Shown in pieces: positions 47,842 through 55,770 of a DNA stretch of 55,770 nt (position 1 is its first letter; every line of letters begins with the position of its first letter). The position numbers and the translations under genes were made by a program. Source of the DNA: Candidatus Thorarchaeota archaeon (GTDB lineage Archaea; Asgardarchaeota; Thorarchaeia; Thorarchaeales; Thorarchaeaceae). Location: positions 441,980 to 497,749 of the forward strand of contig CP070761.1 of the NCBI GenBank assembly GCA_020348985.1, in the 5' to 3' direction. Under the pieces are notes generated by a model, which worked only from the letters and a program-made list of their open reading frames with translations, did not search any database and was not told where the DNA came from.

Positions 47842-48981
47842 ATGATTTCAATGGAGATCAGTCTTCTTCCACCTGAGAACATTGTAAGTGTTGCAAGAGA
47901 GATTGAGTCAGTTACAGACCAAACGTTTGTCGAATCCGACTTTCTCCTACGTGCTTTCAAAGTAGTGAACACGTCATCAGAGAGGGTTCAAATCAATTGC
48001 TACAGATTCAACTTCAAAGCAAAGGGGAAGGTTCAGAATGTGGTTCTTCATCCCGAAGATGCAGTTGCCAAGAGTGCATCGGGAGTCTCTAGTATCATAG
48101 GACAGCTCACAAGAGAGGGACCCAAACGAAAGAAGATTCAGCAACGAGACAACTTCCATCGCCTAATGGGGACAGATGCTTTCTGGGTGGCCAATCAAGT
48201 ATCCTCAAGCAACATACTCAGTCCACAACAAGAGACTGGATTACTGAGTAAACGCTTCAGAGTTCTTGCGGACGCTCCCATCGATGAGCTATTGATTGAA
48301 GTCGACTATATGGAGAACGGCAAGCCTGGACAGACATCAGTCACAATACCAGTCATGAAGAAGGAAAAACGAGAGGACTACATATTTCCCGTGAAAGGAC
48401 AATGGCTTGTCACGTGGAATTGGGTTGGTCTTGATTCTCACAGAGAAGCGTACTCTCAGGAATTCGCCTTTGATCTTATCAAAATGGGCGAGGGTCCTTT
48501 AGAAGAAGGTGCAGAAACGCTAAACTCAGAGGATCCATGTTATGGTGAAGACATTCTTGCAATCGCAGATGGCCGTGTAACAAGCTGTTTTGATGGAATT
48601 CCCGACAATCCTGCGGTTGGCGTACATCTACCTGTAGAACAAATCAGAGAAATCATCGACACGTACGAGAGCTCTCTTCCAGCCGGGGCTGGGAATCACG
48701 TCGTTCTTCAACACAGCTCTGGGGAGTGCTCATTCTATGCACACATGATTCCCGGAAGTCTCATGGTGAAGGAAGGAGACAAAGTCAAGCAGGGACAGGT
48801 GATAGGTCGTGTGGGAAACTCTGGCAACTCCGATGGTCCACATCTTCACTTTCATCTAATGGACGGCCCTGATTACTTCACTTCGAGGGGTTTGCCGTGC
48901 CATTTCACCAATGTACGTAACCTATACGGGGAATCGTTAGAGATTGTGGACGTAGATAATTCGCCGGTTTGGGCGGAATAG
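47842..48981 (+). CDS. M23-family metallopeptidase
   Basis: H...Q.FAFD, GNHV, YAHM, V..GD.V..GQ.IG.VGNSGNS.GPHLHF. Confidence 0.9.
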   Translation: MISMEISLLPPENIVSVAREIESVTDQTFVESDFLLRAFKVVNTSSERVQINCYRFNFKAKGKVQNVVLHPEDAVAKSASGVSSIIGQLTREGPKRKKIQQRDNFHRLMGTDAFWVANQVSSSNILSPQQETGLLSKRFRVLADAPIDELLIEVDYMENGKPGQTSVTIPVMKKEKREDYIFPVKGQWLVTWNWVGLDSHREAYSQEFAFDLIKMGEGPLEEGAETLNSEDPCYGEDILAIADGRVTSCFDGIPDNPAVGVHLPVEQIREIIDTYESSLPAGAGNHVVLQHSSGECSFYAHMIPGSLMVKEGDKVKQGQVIGRVGNSGNSDGPHLHFHLMDGPDYFTSRGLPCHFTNVRNLYGESLEIVDVDNSPVWAE

Positions 48982-49128
48982 ACTAGATCCGATTTCGCAG
49001 TCTCCTTTCCCCCTCTCTGTCACACACAATCAAGGCAATTAAAATACCGGTGTGAAAGTTCGAATCGCTCCAGTAAACAGGAGTAGATTGAGATCTTCAG
49101 CATCTTCCATATTCTAGCGATTTGCGGA

Positions 49129-49704
49129 ATGCTCAGCCCAATCATCTACACAGTGATGTGGATTCTTGGAGGCATCTTGCAGGAAGATTACAGCCATGTT
49201 CGAGATGACGTCAGTTCTCTCCTTGCAGTAGATGCCCCCAACAAACAGCTCTTTGACAAGTTCCTCATCACTTCTAGCGTTCTGTTATTCGTTTTCTATA
49301 GTGGATTACACTGGGGTGTTAACAACGGAGAAGGATCAATAGTTGGCCCAGTTCTATTCTTGACCAGTTCAATCCTAGGAATTCTCGTTGCTCTCTTCTT
49401 CCCTCTTGATGCTGGCGGTGAGATTGTCACCACTCGAGGAAAGATGCATCTTGTTCTTGTAATGATAAGTGGGATATTGACAATTGCAGGGATGGTCGCT
49501 TTGTGGTTCCGCCTGGAGTCAGTAGCGGACTGGAGTGCTTTTGCTTCGTTCTCATTGATAACATCAATAGTGGCACTGATTCTTGTCGTATTCTCCGGGA
49601 TTTCCGTGAAAACCAACTTCATGGGTCTAGTTGAGAGAGTTGCCGTCAGTACCTACCAGGTATACTACTTCGTTCTAGCCTTGATGGTGTTCCTATTCAA
49701 TTAG
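49129..49704 (+). CDS. DUF998-like membrane protein
   Basis: YSHVRDDVSSL, FP.D, H, GL.ER pattern; multi-TM. Confidence 0.75.
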   Translation: MLSPIIYTVMWILGGILQEDYSHVRDDVSSLLAVDAPNKQLFDKFLITSSVLLFVFYSGLHWGVNNGEGSIVGPVLFLTSSILGILVALFFPLDAGGEIVTTRGKMHLVLVMISGILTIAGMVALWFRLESVADWSAFASFSLITSIVALILVVFSGISVKTNFMGLVERVAVSTYQVYYFVLALMVFLFN

Positions 49705-50143
49705 AATCAGTATGACTCGAAGTCTGGATGGACTCCTCAAGGCGCGGCAATAGCATTGAAGCAAGCAGGAAGCCGCTCAGAGAGAATGCTAGGCCCAGTG
49801 GTGCGGCAATGTACCGGAGTGCTAAATCAATGAATCCAATTATGAACGCATAGATGGAAGGAGCAATCGCTAGCGTGTACATAAGGATGGCCGGACCGAC
49901 TAGGTCTTCCAATTCTGCCTTTTTACTGAAGAAACGATAGACTAGGTAGACAAGTAGAATCTCAATAGGCATCAGAAACAGCATCACCCACGAAAGAAGA
50001 AACGGTCCTGTAGCTTCTGGGAACTCGGATTCAGGGATTATCATAATGATGAACGGCAGCACAATCGCCCAGCCAAGAAAACCAACCCCTATGATTCTGG
50101 CTTTCCGAAGAGGTGGCCCGCTATCATTCTCCAACGAATTCAC
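49697..50143 (-). CDS. Hypothetical membrane protein
   Basis: Four TM segments. Confidence 0.7.
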   Translation of the reverse strand: MNSLENDSGPPLRKARIIGVGFLGWAIVLPFIIMIIPESEFPEATGPFLLSWVMLFLMPIEILLVYLVYRFFSKKAELEDLVGPAILMYTLAIAPSIYAFIIGFIDLALRYIAAPLGLAFSLSGFLLASMLLPRLEESIQTSSHTDSN

Positions 50144-50228
50144 TCCACACCCTACTACTCATGGCTGCCTGTTCTTAAGAGCCTATTCTTGCACTTCAAG
50201 CGCTATCGTGCAGACGAAGAATGAGAAG

Positions 50229-50256
50229 TCCAGAGTCGAGCGAGATTTGGTCTCGC
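50229..50256 (-). repeat. tRNA-3'-end-like repeat, unit 5 (most eroded)
   Basis: TCC-A-GAGTCGA-GCGAG-ATTTGGT-CTCGC keeps the 5-bp T-stem/7-nt loop geometry of the other units. Confidence 0.55.
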
Positions 50257-50309
50257 AGCTTTCTCTTCAAAAGCCATTCAACTCCTGATGAGACTCATGT
50301 TGAATTTCG

Positions 50310-51068
50310 CTATTGTCCTCTTCTTCTGAAATGAAGAACCAATACTATCAAGAAGAGGACTGGTAAGCCAATGACCAAGGTGGAAATAATCCCTCCTAAA
50401 TCATCACTGATTGGACCTGCAAGTAGGGGGCCGATGTTGGTGCCATTCAATGTCTCCAAAACTGAAACTTCCATTAAGGATACCCTACGTTGAGTTTCAA
50501 TCCTGAGTACAATCCCTGTTTCTTGATCATAGTAGCGATTCATCTGGTTACCAACCGAATAGGAATTCTCGGTCATCCAGCAGCTTCGAGGTGAGGAAAG
50601 ACAGTCGAATTCAAGAGGATTGGTTGATGAGGCGTACGCATTCCTTTCGTACATTGAATTGATTGGCGTACTCTCATTGGTTTCTGGTGAAATCCAAAAT
50701 GCAGTCTTCTCACCTATCGGATATCCTTCAATCTTAGTGCCGTTTGAGTAATAGGCGTCTTGGATCTCGCAAGTGTCCTTGTCGATTATAAGTGTTCCAC
50801 CGCCAGGCACAATGTCAAACAATTCAGTTGTGGTATTGAAGAATAGTCCATGGGACTGCACTTCTATCTCAACCAAGCTCCCCTCGACAGTCGTTATCTC
50901 CCATCGTAATTCATGAGTTTCTCCGTTGGAATACTCTTGTTTGTATTGGGCGAATGATCCAATCCCAAGGAAACCAGGCATGCTTGTCTGATCTAGTGCA
51001 AGCTGATAAACCGGAAGAACAAGCGCAAAAGAGCAGACTAGCGCCAAGGAAAGTGAACGTATAGACAT
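50310..51068 (-). CDS. Secreted, C-terminally membrane-anchored hypothetical protein
   Basis: Signal peptide MSIRSLSLALV.., YDQETGIVL motif, NxT sequons, C-terminal TM + RRR. Confidence 0.75.
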   Translation of the reverse strand: MSIRSLSLALVCSFALVLPVYQLALDQTSMPGFLGIGSFAQYKQEYSNGETHELRWEITTVEGSLVEIEVQSHGLFFNTTTELFDIVPGGGTLIIDKDTCEIQDAYYSNGTKIEGYPIGEKTAFWISPETNESTPINSMYERNAYASSTNPLEFDCLSSPRSCWMTENSYSVGNQMNRYYDQETGIVLRIETQRRVSLMEVSVLETLNGTNIGPLLAGPISDDLGGIISTLVIGLPVLFLIVLVLHFRRRGQ

Positions 51069-51125
51069 CCTACTATCAGGATATACTAGATGAGAAGCGG
51101 AAAAAGAGTTTCGAGATTGTAAGAG

Positions 51126-51153
51126 TGGTGGGCCGGGAGCGGTTTGAACATGT
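51126..51153 (-). repeat. tRNA-3'-end-like repeat, unit 4
   Basis: TGG-T-GGGCCGG-GAGCG-GTTTGAA-C; no anticodon or D arm follows. Confidence 0.8.
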
Positions 51154-51348
51154 GACCCCCTTTCAGCCACTTCAATCTTGATTAACGCCCCGCGCAACAT
51201 TTGCCCAAGTTGCGGGACTCTACAACATCTTCAGGGCGCATCTGGCGAATTCGAGCAAGTTCTTGGCAGTGCTTTAGACGGTGAGACTGATACTCAAAGT
51301 TCTTTAACCAGAGATTGTGGACCGCTCCATTGAGGACTGTTAACAATC

Positions 51349-52629
51349 TTGTCAGAGGTCCACCGAGAACCAATTGAGACAATTGAGTCAAGTCCGAATC
51401 ACGAGGGAAACGTACTAACCGTACTTAATCTATCATTGGTTACATTCCTAGTGCTCCTTGGCTTGAGCATGGTGGCTCCAATCCTCCCCACCTACGCTGA
51501 GAGCTTTGAGGTTTCGTATACACTCGTTGGTTTTGTGGTTTCATCTTTTGCCGTGACAAGAATGATCCTAGACATGCCAGCAGGACTCCTCTCAAGAAGA
51601 TATGACAAGAAGAAGATCATGATATCCGGCCTGCTTCTAATAGTATCATCATCTTTTCTGGCTGGTTTCGCACCCAACTACCTAACCTTGGTGATTGCTC
51701 GGATGTTGGAAGGTGCTGGTTCGGCTCTGTACGTAACAACAGCCACAGTCTTCCTTGCTCAAATATCTGGAGAAGAGAAGAGGGGGCAGTGGATGAGCCT
51801 CTATATGGGAATGTTACTTCTTGGAGCCATCTTCGGACCCACTTTTGGTGGTATTATTGCCGATACCTATGATATTCGGGCCCCGTTCTTTGCCTATGCA
51901 ATCATTACAGGTCTGGGTGTGATTCCAACTTTGACCTTGCCTAGGGTGGTTAATACCGCAAGTGTGGCGCCATCTCTTAATCCGAAAGAAGTCCTGCACG
52001 ATATGCGGGTAGTCCTATCCAATCCCTCGTTTCTCTTTGTTACATTTGCAGTCTTCACGACGTTTTTCTTGCGAACAGGAGTGAGAACAACACTTGTGCC
52101 TCTGTTTGCTGCCAACAATCTTGGTTTGAACGCAAGCGCTATTGGCTGGGTTCTTACGGTTGGAGGAATAACAACCGCATTCACAATTGTGCCAATGGGA
52201 AGCATTTCTGATAGGATTGGCAGGAAGATACCTTTGGCGCTTTGTCTTGTCCTTACTGCAGTGACTACTCTACTGATTCCCTTTTCCATTGACCTATTGA
52301 CTTTGTCAGCTGTACTAGGGGTGTATGGGGCAGTCATTGGTCTATCAGGACCTAGTGCGGCCTATGTAACAGACCTATCGCCACAAGACAAGCTGGAAAT
52401 ATCCATGGGATTGTACCGAATGATCAGTGACTTCGGGTTTGTAGTTGGACCTCTCCTGCTTGGCTTCCTTGCAGACATAACCGCCACTCCTGTGGCTGGA
52501 GATCCGCACTCAGGTCTCATTGGCATGATACCCTTTGTAGTAGCTGCAGTTATCCTCGTTACTGCATTCATTGTACTTCTCAGAGCTGATGATCCTATTA
52601 GACGAAGGAATCAGGCTCCTATGATATGA
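51349..52629 (+). CDS. MFS transporter
   Basis: 12 TM, GLLSRRYDKK and GSISDRIGRK motif A. Confidence 0.93.
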   Translation: MSEVHREPIETIESSPNHEGNVLTVLNLSLVTFLVLLGLSMVAPILPTYAESFEVSYTLVGFVVSSFAVTRMILDMPAGLLSRRYDKKKIMISGLLLIVSSSFLAGFAPNYLTLVIARMLEGAGSALYVTTATVFLAQISGEEKRGQWMSLYMGMLLLGAIFGPTFGGIIADTYDIRAPFFAYAIITGLGVIPTLTLPRVVNTASVAPSLNPKEVLHDMRVVLSNPSFLFVTFAVFTTFFLRTGVRTTLVPLFAANNLGLNASAIGWVLTVGGITTAFTIVPMGSISDRIGRKIPLALCLVLTAVTTLLIPFSIDLLTLSAVLGVYGAVIGLSGPSAAYVTDLSPQDKLEISMGLYRMISDFGFVVGPLLLGFLADITATPVAGDPHSGLIGMIPFVVAAVILVTAFIVLLRADDPIRRRNQAPMI

Positions 52630-52656
52630 GCCTATCATGCCCTCAGGAAAAAGGAA

Positions 52657-52684
52657 TGGTGGGCCTACTGAGATAGAAACTCTC
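52657..52684 (-). repeat. tRNA-3'-end-like repeat, unit 3
   Basis: TGG-T-GGGCCTA-CTGAG-ATAGAAA-CTC. Confidence 0.7.
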
Positions 52685-52779
52685 ACCCTCCTCACTGTTT
52701 CTACGAATTACTCAATTGTTCTGGATGATGGTTTTTCACATAAGATAGTTTAATCTACAGTTCAAGAAGCTTGCTCTCG

Positions 52780-54096
52780 ATGTCATCTACAAAGATTGTT
52801 GTAATTGGTGCTGGAAGTCTATCTTTTGGTCTAGGAACTTGCGGAAGCATATTCAATTCTGATATTCTAGAAGGAGCTCACGTGACTCTCCACGATATAA
52901 ACGCGGAGAATCTGGAATTGGCAAGAGAAGCATGTCAAGCAAAGATCGATCACGACGATCTGAATTTCACGTTAGAATCTACAACCAAACGTGAAGAAGC
53001 TCTCAGGGGAGCAGACTTCGTAATCAACTCCATCGAAGTAGGACCAAGATTCTACTGGTGGGAGTTGGATATGAAGATCCCATGGAAGTATGGAAGCTCT
53101 CAAGTTTTCGGAGAGAACGGGGGGCCTGGAGGGATGTTCCATTCACTGCGCGTAGTTCCACCTATACTTGACATTTGTAGAGATATCAACCAAATCTGTC
53201 CCGATGCTATTCTCATAAACTACTCCAATCCTATGTCTAGAATCCTCTTGTCAATCAAAAGAGAATATCCTGATCTAAGGGTAGTTGGTCTTTGTCACGA
53301 AATTGCTCTCGCTCAGGATCTTCTTCCGAAGATTCTGAAAGTCCCTTTTGATAAGATGAACTTGTGGTGTGGAGGATTGAATCACATGGGGGCGATAATC
53401 AAAGCAAGACATAAGGACGACAATGAGGATCTAATCCCTGAAATTCAACGAAGAGGCGTCAAATTCCTGAATAGATGGAGATGGAGCCTAAAATCAAGAT
53501 TGGTGTTTCCCGTTGATTTGACAATCTACATTCTGGAGAAATTCGGATTCATGCCGTATACTACTGATTCTCATTATGGTGAGTATATTGGATGGGCAAG
53601 AGAAGTTGTCAATATGAGAGGTATCAAGAATTTCTACTCTGTCTATCGAAAATACCTTTGGTTCAAAGGACTGCAGATTCGCTTCAGTATTAGAAGGAAA
53701 AGAGGACACAAATTGGTGAAACCCGATCATGAACGAGCAATTCCAATAATAGAAGGCATCCTTTCAGATAGCAATCATCATGAGTTGTCAGTGAATCTTC
53801 CAAATGATGGTATAATCTCTAATCTTCCTAAAGATTCGATTATTGAGTGCCCAGCAATCGTCAATAAATCAGGAGTACAAGGGATAGCTCTTGGAGATTA
53901 TCCAGAACCACTTGTTGATCTACTTAGAGAAGAAATCGGTGTTCAAGATTTGGTTGTAAAAGCCATACTCAACAATTCTAGAGATTATGCCGTGCAAGCT
54001 CTTCAGGCAGATCCAAATTTCCCATGTAAACACCTCATCAATGCATTTCTTGATGAAATGCTAGAGCTTCAAAAAGAATGGGTTACTCTAGCATAG
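52780..54096 (+). CDS. Family 4 glycoside hydrolase (NAD+-dependent alpha-galactosidase/glucosidase)
   Basis: IGAGS, GADFVI, ENGGPGG, NYSNP, GLCH, GLNH. Confidence 0.92.
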   Translation: MSSTKIVVIGAGSLSFGLGTCGSIFNSDILEGAHVTLHDINAENLELAREACQAKIDHDDLNFTLESTTKREEALRGADFVINSIEVGPRFYWWELDMKIPWKYGSSQVFGENGGPGGMFHSLRVVPPILDICRDINQICPDAILINYSNPMSRILLSIKREYPDLRVVGLCHEIALAQDLLPKILKVPFDKMNLWCGGLNHMGAIIKARHKDDNEDLIPEIQRRGVKFLNRWRWSLKSRLVFPVDLTIYILEKFGFMPYTTDSHYGEYIGWAREVVNMRGIKNFYSVYRKYLWFKGLQIRFSIRRKRGHKLVKPDHERAIPIIEGILSDSNHHELSVNLPNDGIISNLPKDSIIECPAIVNKSGVQGIALGDYPEPLVDLLREEIGVQDLVVKAILNNSRDYAVQALQADPNFPCKHLINAFLDEMLELQKEWVTLA

Positions 54097-54123
54097 GAGA
54101 ATCATTGTTGAAATAGGGACAAA

Positions 54124-54151
54124 TGTTGGACCGGGCGAGATTCGAACTTGA
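54124..54151 (-). repeat. tRNA-3'-end-like repeat, unit 2
   Basis: TGT-T-GGACCGG-GCGAG-ATTCGAA-CTT. Confidence 0.85.
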
Positions 54152-54250
54152 GATCTCTTCTGTCTGAATGACCTATGAAACATTTGAACGAATGACTATT
54201 AACCGATTTAGGACTCTAGAACGTCTATCGACTATAGACGAGGGGCTTAC

Positions 54251-55678
54251 TTGAAGAGAAGACGCGAATTGCTCGTGACCACATTAGTTGTTCTCGCGGC
54301 TTTGCTGGCCTCTCTTCTGCTTTTCGTTTCACAGGGATTCTGGAATCAGCAAACCAATGACGCACCCGACACTATCATTCACAACGGCGAAATCATCACT
54401 ATGGAACAGTCGCCTGCACAAGTTCAGGCGCTAGCCATCCGGGGAGAGTCTATTCTCGCTATTGGTGATGAGAGTGACATCCTCGCGATGGGAGGTCCAA
54501 GCACACACTTCATCGACCTTGGAGGAAGGACACTTCTACCGGGATTCATTGACTCCCATTCTCATCATATCGGTGACCGGAACTATGTGAACCAATCGAC
54601 TCCAGAGGAAGCGATTGAAAGTGTGCTGAGCTCTGGATGGACCAGTATTTCCGAGCTGTTTGTAAATCAAGACCGCTTGGATGAGCTGAGAACGCTAGAC
54701 GAAGAGGAAAACCTTCGCATTCGTGTTAATGCCTATCTTCCTTTGAGCTGGCAATTCGAAAGATTCGGAGATTGGTATGAAGCCTATCAACCCGGACAGG
54801 AATTCAGTTCGAAGCTGCGGATAGCGGGAGTGAAGATCTTCATGGACAGCTGGTTTACTGACTGGTTACATTATTTCGACCAGATCGAACTGGAGTCGCT
54901 AGTGCAAGAAGCTCATGACGCAGGCTATCAGATTGCCATTCATAGTGTCGTAGAGAATGCTACAGATATAGTCCTGGACACACTTGAAGCGGTGTTGGGA
55001 GGGGAATCGAACCAGCTCTATCGTCACCGCATCGAACATCTTGTCTTGCTCAGAGACGACCAAATCGATAGAATGGGCAGTCTTGGGATTATTGCCTCGT
55101 TCCAACTTCCTTGGTTCAATTCAGATTGGATAGAAGCTCAGTCTTTTCCATATCTACAAGATTATTCGCATCTTGCAGGAAGATGGCGAGATATTGTTCA
55201 AGCAGGAATACCCTCACTCGGGAGTACTGACTTTCCTTGGAATCTGGGAGAAGTAAGGTCTGCTATGAGAACTCTCTCCATGGCCGTCACTAGGATCGGT
55301 CTACAAGAGCTTACTCCCCTCGATTGGATGTTGAATCAAACACTCAGCGTCGAGCAAGCCCTACGGATTATGACAATAGATGCTGCCTATGGTACGTTTC
55401 AGGAAGACGTGAAAGGAAGCATCAGGGTTGGGAAGCTCGCAGATTTCGTTGTTCTCTCTGATAATCCACTGACAGTTCCTGAAAGCAGTCTGGCTAACAT
55501 AGAGGTGCTAATGACAATAGTTGGAGGGGTCGCGGAATATACCGCCCCGGGACAGCAGTTTCTATCTACTGTCTACGTGGGCGCCAGCAGCCAAACAGTA
55601 GTAGGATCAGGCCAAATAATCAAGATGGAGATGGTGGACCGGACGAGATTTGAACTCGCTACTACTTGGACAGGTTAA
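54251..55678 (+). CDS. YtcJ-like amidohydrolase with N-terminal signal/TM
   Basis: PGFIDSHSH, KIFMD, IH, RIEH, GSTDFP, GSI.VGKLADFVVL. Confidence 0.9.
   Translation: MKRRRELLVTTLVVLAALLASLLLFVSQGFWNQQTNDAPDTIIHNGEIITMEQSPAQVQALAIRGESILAIGDESDILAMGGPSTHFIDLGGRTLLPGFIDSHSHHIGDRNYVNQSTPEEAIESVLSSGWTSISELFVNQDRLDELRTLDEEENLRIRVNAYLPLSWQFERFGDWYEAYQPGQEFSSKLRIAGVKIFMDSWFTDWLHYFDQIELESLVQEAHDAGYQIAIHSVVENATDIVLDTLEAVLGGESNQLYRHRIEHLVLLRDDQIDRMGSLGIIASFQLPWFNSDWIEAQSFPYLQDYSHLAGRWRDIVQAGIPSLGSTDFPWNLGEVRSAMRTLSMAVTRIGLQELTPLDWMLNQTLSVEQALRIMTIDAAYGTFQEDVKGSIRVGKLADFVVLSDNPLTVPESSLANIEVLMTIVGGVAEYTAPGQQFLSTVYVGASSQTVVGSGQIIKMEMVDRTRFELATTWTG
55632..55659 (-). repeat. tRNA-3'-end-like repeat, unit 1 (best preserved)
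   Basis: TGG-T-GGACCGG-ACGAG-ATTTGAA-CTCGC = GCGAGTTCAAATCTCGTCCGGTCCACCA on the minus strand; the rest of a tRNA is absent. Confidence 0.88.
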
Positions 55679-55770
55679 GATCCAGATCTAAGCCAGTTCT
55701 TGGGATTTCGTCGAATCCGATTTCGAGCTTGGTTCGGATACGTGTCAAGGCAGATCTTAAGAAAACGAGC

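Noticed and set aside
48966-48992. Possible sixth tRNA-end repeat at the end of the M23 gene
   Set aside because: Needs gaps and lacks the T-loop; not distinguishable from chance.
49050-49072. GTTCGAATC T-loop-like word on the plus strand
   Set aside because: No T-stem pairing or acceptor/CCA, and opposite orientation to the array.
50229-55659. Calling the tRNA-like repeats real tRNAs, split-tRNA halves or a CRISPR array
   Set aside because: Only the T-arm/acceptor portion is present, with broken stems and no complementary leader sequences seen; the spacers are whole genes of 0.9-1.5 kb.

Overview
Archaeal chromosomal window, most likely Asgard (Thorarchaeia-like; inferred from the eukaryote-type topoisomerase IB, the stand-alone MtrH/corrinoid pair, the archaeal r-protein clusters and tRNAs with encoded CCA and BHB-type introns). 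The left half is mostly core: gcvPA/gcvPB, SAMP, MtaB, thiL, ftsZ-secE-spt5-L11-L1-L10-L12 and rnp4-yhbY-S19e-PDCD5-L39e-L31e-eIF6-L18a-pfdA-ftsY. The window holds 8 intact tRNA genes, two with introns. The right half is accessory. The main unexplained structure is a set of degenerate copies of tRNA 3' ends (T-arm + acceptor strand + CCA, ~19-28 nt) that bracket single genes. They form an array of at least five co-oriented repeats at 50.2-55.7 kb with one gene between each pair, and single cassettes at tRNA-Gly(TCC), tRNA-Phe and probably tRNA-Gly(GCC). No integrase lies in the window, so this looks like an integron-like, tRNA-anchored gene-cassette capture system acting in trans. Other items: two candidate structured ncRNAs next to tRNAs, a Zn-finger insertion in Spt5, an AT-rich/palindrome/ORB-like locus, and a 272-bp tandem duplication that starts inside tRNA-Val. 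All calls come from reading the sequence; no database searches were run.
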